Notes: a model not told the origin generated them from the sequence alone. Shown: positions 24,233 through 39,470, counted from the first letter of the stretch. The stretch: 64,000 bases of DNA from Octopus vulgaris (GCA_951406725.2 OX597826.1:38688001-38752000), one strand, 5' to 3'. A program made the numbers and translations.

Positions 24233-25617
24233 ACCATTGAACTCCGCACATTTTTTTCTCCCTCCGATTTTTTCCTCTTAATCTTTTTTGTTGAAGAGTG
24301 TAGGCTTGAAACTTATAAGACTTTTCCATTCTTCCCAAGCATTAAACTAATACACCTGCTTGTTGTTCCTACACCTGTCTTCATCTTTTGTTTTCTGTAA
24401 ATTTGAACTATATATATTACATGCTCACATGGTTACCCCAGTTTGATCCTGCCTGACCGAACTTCCTACCCTCTTGGATTTTCATCTTAATTACTTCCCG
24501 AACTTTCAGTACCTCTCCTCATTCACATAACCAGCATTCCACCCAGATTACCACTGGATCTTCATACTCTTCTGGACTCTACCTCCATGGATCTTACTGG
24601 CTATTTTCATTGATGTAAATCACTCTAATATACCACAACTTTTGAACTTTCTGAACTTTTAAACTCCGTACGTTAATAACTCTGCCATTCTCTCTCCATT
24701 TTAACATTTTGACTTTTTTCTCCTTTTTCCAGCATGCCTAATTATAAATCCTCCCTCCTCCACGTTCAACACCAGCTCAAAAAACACCTTACCACACTTC
24801 CTTTCTGCTGCTTTCAACCTTCTATTAATCTTCTACTCATTTTCAAAAAAACACGCTACTGTAGTAATGTTTCCTTTCTCAGTCACTGCCTTCATCACCA
24901 CCTCATCCCCAAAGGTTTCTGCCTCTGTTTCCACCCTATCTTCCATTCTACTTCTGCCATCTTATCCATACTCCACACCACTTCCTGCCACCATTCATTC
25001 TAGCCTTTCCAAAATATACTCCCTTGACCACCTTCTCCCTCTTGCTTATTCCACCTTTTTTTCCTGCTATTCACCATCCGTTGCACATTCCATCATACCC
25101 TTTATCCTCCACCTCAACCACCTTCTCCACAACTTTCTTGCTTGCACTAAACTCCACTCACTTTCTCATCCTGTCCCATCCGATCCACCCCTCCTCCCTC
25201 CTCAATCCACTCCCCACCCTCCTCAATCCACTCCCCACCCTCCTCGATCTACTTCCCATCCTCCTTGATCCACTTCCCATCCTCCTCGATCCATGCCCCA
25301 TGCCCCATCCGCACTCCTACTCTTCCATTACTCCAACCTTCCTACACACCACTTCCTCCTCTCTCTCCTCCCAGCCTTCCACTGCCTCCAGGTCATCTTG
25401 TCATGTGTGACCGTTGAACTTTGCACATTTTTTTCTCTCTCTGTTCCCTTTCATTCTCCCTCCATTTTTTTCCTCTTAATCCCTTCTGTCAAAGAGCATA
25501 GGCTCGAAATGTAAAAGACTTTCCCATTCTTCCCGAGCATTAAACTAATACACCTGCTTGTTGTTCCTACACCTGTCTTTGTCTTTTATTTTGTGTAAAT
25601 TTGAACTATATATATAT
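24233..25617 (+). mobile_element. Non-autonomous Penelope-like element with direct terminal repeats
   Basis: Direct repeats 24233-24416 and 25410-25617; internal FLSHCLHHHLIPKGF PLE N-terminal motif; no RT. Confidence 0.7.
25481..25519 (+). ncRNA. Decayed minimal hammerhead-like motif in the terminal repeat (second copy at ~24283-24320)
   Basis: Consensus of the two copies is CTGTTGA-A-gagc-gtag-gctc-GAAAC-GTA-aaag; core position A6 is altered. Confidence 0.4.
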
Positions 25618-26989
25618 CAAAAGAATGTGTTATACAAAAACAGCCATACCGACAATCAAACATACCTTCATCAGCAGCTGCCCCACGAGTATCATTATGG
25701 TTTCGACACCTGAGCAGTAACCATTCAATCCGGCAGTATGTATGTTTGTGTGAATGTATATGTATATATTATATATATCTGTGTATGTGCATGTACACAT
25801 GCATGCATATGTATATAAAATCATAATCATTTAAGATCTGTTTTTGATGCTAAGATGGGTTTGGACAGTTTGACAAGATCCAACGAACTAGAGGACAATA
25901 TTGAGCTCTAGTCTCTGTTTTACAATGTTTAGAACAGCTGGATGCCCTTTCTAATGCCAACCAATTTACAGAGTGTATTGAACGCTTTTACTGTGATACA
26001 AGCACTAGTGAGGTCATCAAATGATTCACAAGACAAAGAGAAAAATCCTTGTCTGAAAAGAGTTGTCGTGAAGAAGGAGTTGGCTCTATGCTAGATGTTG
26101 AGAAGCTTAAGTATGATAGGGCAATGTCAGCTGCTGAGACATTTAAGTATGATGTGGAGTAGCCATGTATTTCCTCTATGACCTGTGCTTGCTATGCAAG
26201 GGACAGGTATCTTGCTACGAAGAGGAGATGCATGGCTACCCAGTATTATACAAAAGCGGGTGGGACTGGAAAGAAGATTACGATGGTGGTTACAAGGTAT
26301 ACTCTTAAGATACAAGAAAGTGAGTATAAGAAAGATTTGGTAAAGATGGGTAGATAAGTTTGTTAAAGTGTGAATGGAGAGTGACTAATGGTCAAAGATG
26401 GATGAAGGTGAGAGAATAAGAATGATTCGGGAAGATGATAATTGGCAGCAGAGGAAGAGAGGAGAGAAGAAAATATGGAGATGATGTGTGGCATGAGAAA
26501 GATATGCACACTAATAGTGATTGATGCCAGAGGTCTGTAAGAGTAGCTGTAGTGAGTGAGAGATAAAAATAAGGTGAGGCTATTGATAGCAGGTATGCCA
26601 AGGTGATACAAATTAGAAGTTGGTGTTAAAGATAAGATAATGGTAGTCCTACAATGTATCTCAGAGGAGAGGGAGAGGAAGGGGTGATTGGTAATGATAC
26701 TGAGAGGAAGGGATGAATTTTTAAAAGAAAGTGGTTCCAGGGTGTGGGTGGAGGTAACTAGCAAAGGGATGATTAAATATGCGCATATTCTGTTCTCGTA
26801 TAATTATAGCAGCTGAATAATGCCATAATTAGAAAAGTGGTGGGATGGCTGTTAGGAATATGACAAGTAGAGAAGGCTTGCTAGGACAGTTTGGGTGTAG
26901 GGACAAAGCCTAGTGAGTGTGTAAAACATAAACCATAGTGCTTTTAGTTCCTTCACTTTTGTTGAGCCAGATGGGTCTTCTTTAGCACA

Positions 26990-27510
26990 GTAAATTGCCA
27001 ATCATCTCAATCCTTTGTTATCTCTTCAATGAGGCTCAACACCTTGAGATCAGCCTTTATCATTTTGTCCCATATTTTTATGGGTCTTCTTCCACAATTT
27101 CCATCCACATTTAGCAATCAACACATTTTTTTGTGAAGCTGTTCTCATTCATATGTATCACATGTCCACACCAGCACATCCTTCTCTCTTGCACACTGAA
27201 TCTAATTCCTCTTATAATAATGACATTTGCACTTTGTCATTAACAGACACACTGACACTGAACATCTCATGGCATATACAATTTTCATTCATTTCTGATA
27301 TTTCTATGTCCTTTGCATTTGGGGCCCTCATCTCACTACCATGTAGTATAGTTGTTTGTACATAAGCATCATACAATCTAACTTTCAAACTCAGAGAAAG
27401 ACCTTTTGCTATGAATGTAGGTAACAGTTCTCTGAACTTACCCCATCTTGTTCTTATTCTAGCAACTATACTTTCAGAAGTCTCCTCCACTGGTAATTTG
27501 GTCACCTAAG
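26990..27510 (-). mobile_element. RTE-clade LINE 3' remnant
   Basis: ARIRTRWGKFRELLP...LKVRLYDAYVQTTILHGSE. Confidence 0.8.
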
Positions 27511-27539
27511 TACTAGGCTTTGCAAAAGTCCTGTTACAC

Positions 27540-28600
27540 TTAGTTTTGCTCTTTCGAGAGGTTAACGTGTGTGATAGAAAAAGTACTGTCAAACATACTT
27601 AAAGTTCTACTTTCCCAGCACGTGTCATTAAAACATCTTTTCCATTGTGTGCATGTATATTTAGATGGAAGTGAAAAGAATCAAGTTCTCTGCTCTCCTG
27701 CACACAGTCCACAATAAGTCCGACATTGCCAAGTGGATGCCATTGTCAGCTGGATGACTGTCCACAGAGTTGCAGTGAGGTTCAAGAATGGGAAAGACCT
27801 CAAAGATCAACCTCAATCAGGCAGACTTCAAGTTGTCAACTGTTTGGCTGAGTGAAAGGCCTTCAAAAGTGATCTGAAACTTAAAATGACTGCACTTGTG
27901 AAGAACAACCCCTCTGTGACCATGATGTCCGGGTCTATCAAGAAGGAGGGTGACAAGAGGTTGTGGTGCATGGAAAGGCCTCAACTGACCGACTGTGTGT
28001 AAGAACAATGTTGGGAGTGCTGTCATCACCTCCTCAATGACTTGAAGTGTCATGGCAATTGAATCCTCATTTTTCCTAATGAAAAGTCCTTCAAACAGAA
28101 TGACTGCACGGTCAGCTTTGGCCAGGATGTCTCTGAGGTCTGCTACATGTCCAAAACTAAGCACCCAGCCTTCATGATGATGCTCAACATCATGGCTTTG
28201 GATGGTGAGAAGATGGCGCTGGTGTGGTTCACAGCCAGTTACAGGCTCTCCACAGCTGACTACAGGTACATGTTGGCCATGTAAGTCCTGCTCTGGGTGA
28301 GAAAGATCACAATGAAGGTGGACTATGTTTTTCAGCAGGACAGTGCCAAGGCCATGCAAGAGTGGTTGGGGTCAAATATAAACTTCTGGTCGCAGAACTT
28401 TTAGCCACCACAGTCACCCAACCTCATCCACCTTGACTACAGAGTGCGGGTGCATATCAAGTGCAAGGTCCAGCACAGCAACATCAACAAGCTGAAGTCC
28501 TCTGTCAACCATGTGTGGGCCAGCATGTTTTCAGAGGTTAGATTGCACAGCAGCACCTGCTCAGTGGTCGAAGTAAACAGCCATCAATCAGAATCATTTA
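27540..28600 (+). mobile_element. Tc1/mariner (DD37D-like) transposase remnant
   Basis: FQQDSAKA and PPQSPNLIHLDY (SPDLNPLDY-like) motifs. Confidence 0.75.
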
Positions 28601-30350
28601 GTATAGCATGCTCAGTCCATTGGGGCTGACCATTCTCTCCTCTTCTGTATATGCTGGCTCTCGAGTCACTACTGTGGAAGTTGGAAAAATTGAGGGGCAT
28701 CCCTTTTGAACTGGGACATGGGAGGACAGTGTTAGCATATGCAGACAATGCCACTATCAAAGTGGTGATGGTCATCTCCATTCTAGAGGAATATGAATTG
28801 GTTGGCGGGGCCAAAATCAATGCTGAGAAGTTAGTGGGATTGCACCTGGGCACCTGGCAAGGCAGGTCAATGCTGTCAGATGGTGACATTGGATTCTGGA
28901 CTGATGGGCCAGTTAAACTGCTCAGGCCAGCTAAACTCTCCCAGGTGGAGGTGACAAAACAAGGTGGCTAGTCTTACTCAGAAATGGGCAGAGAGAAAGC
29001 TGTCCTTGAAAGGTCAGGCAGAGGTGTTGAATGCCTACATTGCTTCCATCATCATTTATCATTTGACCATTGTGACTTGCCCCAGTTATTGTTTGATCAA
29101 TTTGGAGTGTCTCTTGTTCATTTTCTTGTGGAAGGAACATGTCCCAATGGTCAGATGGTCAGTCTTCTGCCAGCTCCCTTCTGAGTGGTGGCTTAGGCAT
29201 GCTGTGGCTTTTGATATGCAGACACATTCAGATTGCAACACCTGTAACAGTTTCTAGAAGGTGAATGTGTGTGGGCTCCATTTGTGAGGCATGTCTTTCT
29301 GCAACTTATCTCTTTAATGGAGCTGCAGCCCTGAGTGAAGGATAGACCAAGACTGGGTGCCCTTCACCTAGAATGTCTTCAAGTACTCACTGTCCTCTAC
29401 CAGTCAGGCAATAGGATCAGTGGATGTTCCACTTTAGCTATATATATAGAGGATTAGTGGTGGGGAATATTGACAACATCCTAGGAGAGACTCTGGACAT
29501 CAACAAAGATGGACTGGGTAGTCTATACTGGAGGACTTTTCAGTTGGGGATTATTATGAATAATTTCCAGATGTCTTTGGCTTGGCAGTGCTACCAGGGG
29601 GCACTACCAGTTCAAGATAAACTCTACAGGTATGGATGTGCTGTCAAATGAGCTTGTCCAAGATGGACGCAGAGTGACGAAACGGTTCTGCATGTACTTG
29701 TTGAGTGTCCAGGAATTGCTGACTTGTGGAGTAATGTCTAACAGTTGCTGTCACATGTGGGATGGGTCTGTCTGTTATTCAAGTCCATAGTGATGACTGC
29801 ACTGCTGCCCTTCTTTAATCATGCAGACAAGGCAGTTTTCCTTTGCTTGGTCACTGTAGCAAAAGAGGTTGTCTGGTGGATAAGGCTGAAAGGAATGAGG
29901 ACAGAGACATTCCTATTAGGTAAAGCTCTCATTGACTTTTTCAAGTTGGGGTGGAGAGGAAAGTGTTGTCTTTGAGTGAATTTATCAAAAGGTGGGTGAA
30001 AGTTGCAAAAATGGCAAGAGTTGATGGTACTGCTTTAAGCGTAGAGCTGTGAGTCAGAAGAAAGGTGTGGGAAAGGACACTTGTCCTTGGCATTCAGGGT
30101 GATCTTGGATAGTGGGGTTCTTTGATCATCCCTGGAGATCCTCCTGTATCAGGATGCCATCACTATCCCTTATTTTTTACTTGTTCTTCTTAGTGCTCTC
30201 TACACTATGCACACTTCCCTTCTTTTAATGTATACTGTGTATACTTTTCCTTTTTTATCATTCCATTATATGTTAACCCCCCCCCCATACTCTTCGTCTG
30301 TTTTTGTATTATCCTCCTCATCCTTTGAAGTGGTGGCAAATAAAAGAAAT
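28600..30350 (+). mobile_element. Tx1-like LINE ORF2, 3' half
   Basis: AYADN, YELVGGAKINAEK, W..RKLSLKG, C-terminal C...ETVLHVLVECP, AATAAA at 30339. Confidence 0.85.
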
Positions 30351-30394
30351 AATTGTTATTGTTGTTGTTGTTGTTATTATCATTATTATTATTT

Positions 30395-30645
30395 TGAGCA
30401 AGACACTTTATTTCACGTTGCTCCAGTTCACTCAGCTGTAGAAATGAGTTGCAACCTCACTGGTGCCAAGCTGTATCAGCCCCTTTGCCTTTCCCTTGAA
30501 TAACATTAGTGGTGTGGAGAGGGGAGGCTAGTATGCATGGGCGACTGCTGGCCTTCCATAAACAACCTTGCCCAGACTTGTACCTCGGAGGGTAACTTTC
30601 TAAGTGCAATCCCATGGTCATTCATGACCGAAAGGGGTCTCCACA
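30395..30645 (+). mobile_element. SINE-like repeat (family D) flanked by (ATT)n
   Basis: agcaagacactttatttcacgttgctccagttcactcagctgta CORE-like body. Confidence 0.6.
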
Positions 30646-31235
30646 TTATTATTATTATTATCATTATTATTATTATTATTACTATTATTATTGTCATTAT
30701 TATTAATACTGTAGAGAAATTTCACTTAACCTGGACACTTTTAGATTTAAAACATTACAGCTAAATTAGATAATGAAACATTACATATTACATTTTTTCA
30801 CCAGGCCTCTACCTTATCCTTAATGCCTTGTCTAAAAGCTGTCATTTTGGCTTCATGGGTAAAATTATTAAAGGTTTGAGGGGCTGCCTTTCTGTATGTT
30901 TGTGTGACACTGTTATTTAGTAGCTTTGTGTATACATCATTATCTACCCTGAATTAATTTTTAGGCATGGGATTAATTTTTCGCGAGGGTAGTGTCAGAG
31001 CCAACCCAAGGGGCATAACTCTCATGAAGAAAAATTTTCCTCCCTAGATTTCGCCCATGATTTTTTTGTTTCATGTTTTTAGGGCACCCACAAACCAACT
31101 GTGACACTTTTAGACATCCTGTGGCCAAGATGCATTGCCATATTTTCCCTACCAATCCTTCTGGTGAGAGATTGGATTTCCTAAACCCTTGTGGAAGAAA
31201 CTAATTGGAAAAAAATCAGCTGAAATAAGTATATT

Positions 31236-31602
31236 GGAGTGGCTGTGTGGTAAGTAGCTTGTTTACCAACCACATAGTTCCGGGTTCAATCCCACTGCGT
31301 GTCTTCTACTATAGCCTCGGGCCGACCAAAGCCTTGTGAGTGGATTTGGTAGACGGAAACTGAAAGAAGCCCGTCGTATATATGTATATATATATATATA
31401 TATGCGTGTGTGTGTTTGTCCCCCTAGCATTGCTTGACAACCAATGCTGGTGTGTTTATGTCCCCGTTACTTAGCGGTTCGGCAAAAGAGACCGATAGAA
31501 TAAATACTGGGCTTACAAAAGAATAAATCCCGGGGTCGAGTTGCTCGATTAAAGGCAGTGCTCCAGCATGGCCGCAGTCAAATGACTGAAGCAAGTTAAA
31601 GA
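31236..31602 (+). mobile_element. SINE family A
   Basis: Near-consensus copy with a small internal deletion. Confidence 0.9.
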
Positions 31603-31889
31603 GTATATGATACTGTACCGTAGCACACATATGAATGCACACACACACATATATAACGATGTAAGTGTGCCTTTCTGACTGTGTTTGTCCTCCACACCAC
31701 TTGATAAGTGGCGCATTCCTGTAAATTAGCAGTTCATCAAGAGAGCAATAGAATGAGTACCAGGCTTCGGAAAAAAAGTAATGGGGGTGGGGGTGGCACA
31801 GCTATTTGTTCAACTAAAATTCCTCAACAGTGCTCCAGCATGGCCATAGTTTAATGACTGAAACAAGTAAAACATAAAAAGTAAAAAAT

Positions 31890-32359
<470 letters not shown>

Positions 32360-32360
32360 C

Positions 32361-33812
32361 TCACTGGATGCTGGCTATATTCCAAAAAACCTTCTGTCCC
32401 AGTCTGTTGTCCCAGTTTTCAAAAAGGGAAACAAGTCCCTTGCAGTGAATTACCGTCCGATCTCACTCACCTCTCATATCATCAAGGTATTTGAGAGGGT
32501 GGTGAGATCTCGAATAACCCAATTTCTGGAAAGCAACAGACGGCTGATCTCCAACCAACATGGGTTCCGTAATGGAAGGGACTGCCTAACGCAGCTCCTG
32601 CATCACTTTGAGGACATTTTGAGAGCTTTGGGAGAGGGCTCCAACACCGATGTCATCTACCTTGATTTCAGTAAGGCCTTCGACAGGGTCGATCACAAGA
32701 TCCTATTGAAAAAACTATCCAACATTGGTGTCTCTGGAAAGTTACTGAAATGGATTAAGTGTTTCCTGACAGACAGATCTCAACATGTTGTAGTTGAAGG
32801 GGTAAAATCAAGCCCAGCCAAAGTCAGTAGTGGCGTTCCGCAAGGCACTGTGCTGGGCCCACTTCTTTTCATCATTTACATTAATGACATTAATGACATC
32901 ATCAAGCACAGCAACATAAAAATCTTTGCAGATGACTCCAAGCTACAGAAGGTCATAAATGAGGCGAGTGACTGGACATGCCTTCAGTCAGATCTACTGG
33001 CTGTTATCCAATGGGCAGAAAAAAACAATATGCTGCTGAACGAGGATAAATTTGAGCTAATCCACTTCGGAAAAGAGGATGCCCTGAAACTCCCATACTC
33101 CCTTCCTTCAGGTGATACTCTCGCGGCGTCCAACAACATCAGAGACTTGGGAGTAATTGTGGACAACAACGTAAGCTGGGCCACTCATATAAACACCAAA
33201 GTTGACATGGCCCGCAGAATGTGTTCCTGGATTCTCAGAACTTTCCAGTCGAGAGATATCCACACCATTATCCTTCTCTTCTCCACTTTTGCCCGACCCC
33301 ACCTTGAATACTGTTGTCCACTGTGGTCTCCCCACACAATACAAGGTATCATAAAAGTTGAAGCACCTCAAAGGGCAATCACAAAAAAGATAGATGGCAT
33401 GACAGGCCTCGACTATTGGGGTCGACTAGAAAAGCTAAAACTCTATTCTCTCCAACGTCGTCGTGAGCGCTACATCATCTGCATGATGTGGAAAATATTC
33501 CATCAGCATTGCCCAAATGATGTTGGCATCACCTTTAAGGTACATCCAAGGCTTGGGCCCCGTGCCATCCGCCCAAAACAAAAATCGCACTCTCATCTCA
33601 TAACAACAATACGGCACAATTATTTCACCTCAATTGGCCCCGCTCTCTTTAACATTACACCAAAACACATTAAAACAGAAACTGACCCTATAGGGTTCAA
33701 GAAGTCTTTGGACAGATTCCTTCAAGAAATCCCGGATAAACCCCCTACACCCGGATATGTCTCTGTAAACAATAACTCTCTACTTGAGTGGGCCATAGTG
33801 CCAAAATTCTGA
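32361..33812 (+). CDS. CR1-like LINE reverse transcriptase, 5'-truncated, uninterrupted 483-aa frame
   Basis: [60 protein letters not shown]; element ends ~33911 with (AAAGTATC)-like tail repeats. Confidence 0.9.
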   Translation, partial: SLDAGYIPKNLLSQSVVPVFKKGNKSLAVNYRPISLTSHIIKVFERVVRSRITQFLESNRRLISNQHGFRNGRDCLTQLLHHFEDILRALGEGSNTDVIYLDFSKAFDRVDHKILLKKLSNIGVSGKLLKWIKCFLTDRSQHVVVEGVKSSPAKVSSGVPQGTVLGPLLFIIYINDINDIIKHSNIKIFADDSKLQKVINEASDWTCLQSDLLAVIQWAEKNNMLLNEDKFELIHFGKEDALKLPYSLPSGDTLAASNNIRDLGVIVDNNVSWATHINTKVDMARRMCSWILRTFQSRDIHTIILLFSTFARPHLEYCCPLWSPHTIQGIIKVEAPQRAITKKIDGMTGLDYWGRLEKLKLYSLQRRRERYIICMMWKIFHQHCPNDVGITFKVHPRLGPRAIRPKQKSHSHLITTIRHNYFTSIGPALFNITPKHIKTETDPIGFKKSLDRFLQEIPDKPPTPGYVSVNNNSLLEWAIVPKF

Positions 33813-33909
33813 CTTGAAAGACTTCACCAGGTGGTGCTATTAAGTTAGACATGGCCTGGGACAATAATGGCCGAAACCTATCAAAGTATCAAAATATCAA
33901 AGTAAGTAA

Positions 33910-34082
<173 letters not shown>

Positions 34083-34328
34083 TTTAACTTTTATCTTTAA
34101 TTTCTTTTGGTCATAAAACTGCAGCCATGCTGGAGCATTACCTTGTAGAATTTTAGATGAACAAATCGACTCTCAGTACTTATTTTTTTTTTTTTAAGCC
34201 CGGTACTTATTCTATTGGTCTCTTTTGCCAAAACTCTAAGTTATGGGGGTGTAAACACCCCAACACTAGTTATCAAGTGGTGGTGGGGGACAAACACAGA
34301 CACACACACTCACACAGATATTATATAT

Positions 34329-34704
34329 AGGTGCAGGAGTGGCTGTGTGTAAGTAGTTTGCTTACCAACTACATGGTTCCGGGTTCAGTCCCACTGCATG
34401 GCACCTTGGGCAAGTGTCATCTCCTATAGCCTTGGGCCTACCAAAGCCTTGTGAGTGGATTTGGTAGATGGAAACTGAAAGAAGCCTGTCGTACACACAC
34501 ACACATTATATATATATATGTTTGTGTGTCTGTATTTGTCCCCCCATCATCGTTTGACAACCGATGTTAGTCTGTTTACGTTTCTGTAACTTAGCGGTTC
34601 GGCAAAAGAGTCCTGGGGTCAATTTGTTCGACTAAAGGCAGTGCTCCAGTATGGCTGCAGGCTATACTAGATCACTGCCTTTAGTCAAACAAATTGACCC
34701 CAGG
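34329..34704 (+). mobile_element. SINE family A ending in a fold-back inversion (34612-34704)
   Basis: cctggggtcaatttgttcgactaaaggcagtg...cactgcctttagtcaaacaaattgaccccagg. Confidence 0.85.
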
Positions 34705-34709
34705 CTAGA

Positions 34710-35210
34710 ACGACAATGCTAAAATGTATTTGAAACAATGGACAACAGTCAAAAGAATATATAGTTGAAAAAAGATTAGAGATCTATACAAGACAAATTT
34801 TTATATATAAAAGATGGAGGTGGAAATAGCGCAAAAGTAAGTCTAAGACATTTCATTTTAATAAGAATGATTTTAAAAATTATATAAAGAAAATATTATC
34901 GGTTTTGATGAATCTCATCTTATCAAAAATTAGTAAAAATTTATAAAAATTTGAAATAAAAACAGTTTATCTTCCGTCTGGGGGTCAAGAATATGTCTGG
35001 AGATTTTTAGTTGAAGTCTTCTTTAAATATAGTTTGGTATAGAGTTCAAAGTGTTAGAGAGTGAGAGAAGGGGCAAACCCGAAGTTTCTACCTTTAAAAA
35101 CAAGGAGTTACAACATCTTTACTTGTGTGATTTTTTGCTACCCTGGTAACTATTTATCTATTTTTTCCATGTTAATTGTTAACAAAGGAAAAATACACTC
35201 ATCTATTTAT
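34710..35210 (-). mobile_element. PLE-type fragment of the same family as 7470-7752
   Basis: 35080-35210 is the reverse complement of ~7470-7600; abuts (TA)n. Confidence 0.6.
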
Positions 35211-35229
35211 ATATATATAATATGTATAT

Positions 35230-35402
<173 letters not shown>

Positions 35403-35572
35403 GCATATCATCATCATCATCATCATCATCATCGTTTAACGTCCGCTTTCCATTCTAGCACAGGTTGGACAATTTTGCATGGAAAGCGATATATATATAT
35501 ATATTTACATGCTGAAATCTACCAGTAAATAATTGTTGGTTTTTAAAAACAATTAAAGCTATTATTTACTCT

Positions 35573-35613
<41 letters not shown>

Positions 35614-36249
35614 ATTATGCTGAGAGAGGGTAAAGTGTTAACTACTTTAAAGAACTAAAGAGACAGTTCCAGATACTCTTGAAGTAAAGACTTACATTAG
35701 ATTAATGTAGTTCAGTTGTGAGGGCTGAAGTTATATTTGTACACACAAATACCCATTCACCCTACCCTTTTCTTTACTAAATTGTGAGAGATTCTCAAAG
35801 AGGTCATTATATGCCAGTAAAATGTATAATTACAAGGAAATAAGAATTAACAAGAACCTTTGGTTCAGACACATATAAACACTTTCTTCTTTTTCACACG
35901 CACATACATGCACTCAATCTCTCTCCCTGCATGCACATATACATGTGCTTGAACACACACACACACACACTCTCTCTCTCTAACTTTCTCTTACATAAAC
36001 TTTAAAGAGGAATGTTAGCAATATGAAATGGAACTTGTAAATAGCCATAGGTCACATGATTCATGCCATGAAATATTAGTAGGACTTCATTATACTACTG
36101 GGACAAAAGTCTCAAAACAAAAATCACACACACACACACACACACACACATACATCACATGTTATGTTTGCTTACTATTAAGAAAAAGTAAAATAAAAAG
36201 AAACATCACTGAATGTAAAAATATAATGCAATACAAATAAAGATACTGA

Positions 36250-38780
36250 GTGGGCTACCTACAGTTTCATGCTTGGCAGGTAATGCTGCCTAAGCACATA
36301 TCTGTGCATTAGCAGTCACAGCATGCCTAAGCCACTATGTAGAGGGAACTAGCAGCTAGTGAAACACCTGACCAATGGAACATATCCCTTGCACAGGATT
36401 TTGAACAAGAGATGCTTCAGCCTGATCAGGCAGTAACTAGGGAAAGGCATGACAGTCAGCTGGTAAACAATAATAGAGATGCTGTTGTCATTCAAGACCT
36501 CTGCCTCGACCTTTTAGGGACAGCTTCCTTTTGGCCCTTTCTGTGTAAGACTAGCCACTCTGTTTGTTACCTTGTTCAGATTCCAGTCCACCGGGAGGTT
36601 GAGACTGAACCAGGCACCAAGTAGTTGAACTGCTCCATTGGTCAAGTACTCCGTGATGCCATCAGACATGGATCTACTTTGCCAGGTGCTAATCTGCAAG
36701 CCTACTGATTTTCCTGTGTTAATCTTGATCCTAGCCACTATCCCATATTTCAATGCTGCTTACTATCTCTACTTTGGTGGCATCTGAAAGTACGATGCTG
36801 ATGTCATCTGCATACATTGACTAGAACCTCCAGAAAGCCAGTTTGAAAGGGATGCCCAGCTTCAGCAGCAAAGACTTATGAGCCAGCATGCATGAAAACA
36901 GCAAGAGCAGGCAGTCCTGGTGAAGTGTGTGATGCAAAATAGTTCTCAGAGGTGGCTGTTTACTTTAACCACTGAGCAGATGTTGCTGTGTATTGTAGTG
37001 ATCCAACCTCTGAAAATAGGTTTAAACCCAGCTTGCAAGCAATGATGCTTAACCTTTTCAACAGTTTTCAGCTGATGTAAATTGATCAGGGTCCCACTAA
37101 AACCAGTTTTTTCCCACTTCTGTCTCTCATGCATTGCATAAGGTGGAGGCTATTGGGAACAGATCTGTTCAGAATGACACACATTTGCACTTCCTTGGCT
37201 AGACCATCAATGAAAAGTGGCAACCTTTTTGCTAACACCTTTGCCAGAATCTTAAATTTTGTGTGTAGCAAAGTTGTGAGCTGAAAATTGTCCCCTTTAT
37301 CAGAATCCTTTAGTACCATTATCACTCTAAGGCCCACATCATTAGAAATTCTTCCATTCTGCTGCTAGTTGTGACAGATTCTGCCAAGAAGTTGTCAAAC
37401 AATTCTGGTATGAACTCAGAATCTGTAGTATAGACCATCCAAAACAAGTGGCTTGTAACTTGCACAACTGGTCATCACCATCTGTATTTCAACAGCTGTT
37501 ATTGGTTTTTGCAGAATGTGACATCTGCTGGAGCTGTGGTAGGCCACCAAGATAAGAAGTAAAGTCTAATGCACTCTCTGACTCATCATCTGCTCCAAGC
37601 TGTCAAGCAAAGTACTGCTCGGAAGTTACATACAATTGCTCTGAACTGAGTAGCACATGATTGTCCCAATCTATCAAAGAACTTAATGTATTATTGTTGT
37701 CACAAAATGCCTTTACAATTTGGGCCTATTGGACGGCTTTTGCTCCCTCAAGTTTTAGTACATGAGCCTTAACTCTGACAATGTTTCACATGAAAAAAAA
37801 TGGCCAAGGACTAGCATAGCAGCCATGATGTCTTTACTAAATGCCTATTCAAAATTGCTAACTAGTTTTTCCTCCCATCAATTTCTTTCTATCATTAGTT
37901 CTTCATTAAAAACTACTGATTCTACTCTAATTGCCCTTTTTAGAGTGCCTCACCACATATACTCCTGTCAAAAACCACTTAACTAATTCACTAATCTGGT
38001 TCCTGTAACGTTTGAGCACCGTTAAGGATTATGTTCAACATCCAGATACTAGTTCCCAAGTTATGAGTCCTACCTAAGTTGACTAAGCAAACTATAAATT
38101 TGTTGTCTGTGTAACCAGCCAGTTTGAACTGTAAACATCCTACACTGTCCCTATCCACTGCCTTTACAAATACTCTATCTAGATATGATCTAGATGACCC
38201 ACTGCAGTTGCTCCATGTCCACACTAGCTCATCAAGGAAATCCAGTTAGTATGTCAGAATTGAAAACTTTGGAGTAGGTTTTCAGTGCTATTGCACTTCA
38301 CCATCTCCAATGTGCTAACTCCACACAGTCCCTCTGTGCATTTAAAATACAGTTCCAATCCCTCACTAGTAGTAGAATTTGGGATGTCCTCAGGAACACT
38401 TCTTGACATCTGCAGAAATTTGGCCATCTCATCCCTGTTTGGTCACAGACAACCATTAATCTAAAGGTACCATCCTCTCTGCCATTCATGTCCAGGACCA
38501 CCACCTTACCATTTGTGTCTAGGAAGATTACCTGTACCTTGAGATCGAAGTATTTCTGGAATAAGACTGCCACCCAGCTGCCTGAACCCAACAAACCACA
38601 AGATGAAAATATCTCTTAGCTGTTGAAATTGGCATGAATGCATGCATACCAAATATCATCGTACCAGTGATGGCTACTACATCTATGCCAAGTGATCTGA
38701 GGTCACTGAGCATGTAATCTTACTTGCAAGCTGACCCCAGGCTGTGCACATTTTATACAGCTAACACTGAGGTCAACCAT
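36250..38780 (-). mobile_element. Tx1-like LINE ORF2, 5' half (APE endonuclease and RT), decayed
   Basis: MVDLSVSCINVHSL start; DWNCIL, WTWSN, SYLDRVF, KILAKVLAKRL, YADDI, KINTGKS motifs. Confidence 0.85.
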
Positions 38781-39049
38781 GTTTGTCAAAGAGAGAAAGA
38801 AAAAGGGAGAGGTCACTAACCTTTGTCCTTGAGGAGATTGGTTAATTCAGCCACCTTGTTGGTGGAGGAAGAGGTACTGTAATGCATTCCTAAGATTCTT
38901 TTTATAGTTTTTAATCTAAAAAGGGCCAATGTTTGAAGGATATTTTCTTTAAAAATTGCTATATGTGTTCATGACAATTTGAATTATTAATTCAAATTAA
39001 CATGAACACATATAGCTTGTTGGGTTTTTTGGTGGAGGTGCTTTTATAC

Positions 39050-39470
39050 TTACTCTTTTACTGTTTTACTTGTTTCAATCATTTGACTGCGGCCATGCTG
39101 GAGCACCACCTTTAGTCAAGCAAGTCAACCCTGGGACTTATTCTTTGTAAGCCTAGTACTTATTCTATTGGTCTCTTTTGCCGAACCGCTAAGTGACGGG
39201 GACATAAACACACCAGCATCGGTTGTCAAGCAATGCTACGGGGACAAACACAGACACACAAACATACACACACACACACACGCACACATATATATATATA
39301 CATATATACGACGGGCTTCTTTCAGTTTCCATCTACCAAATCCACTCAGAAGGCTTTGGTCGGCCCGAGGCTATAGTAGAAGACACTTGCCCAAGATGCC
39401 ACGCAGTGGGATTGAACCCGGAACCATGTGGTTGGTAAGCAAGCTACTTACCACACAGCCACTCCTGCAC
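39050..39470 (-). mobile_element. SINE family A
   Basis: Full-length reverse-strand copy. Confidence 0.9.

Noticed and set aside
27817-28359. 180-aa minus-strand ORF as a host gene
   Set aside because: Antisense shadow of the plus-strand Tc1/mariner remnant
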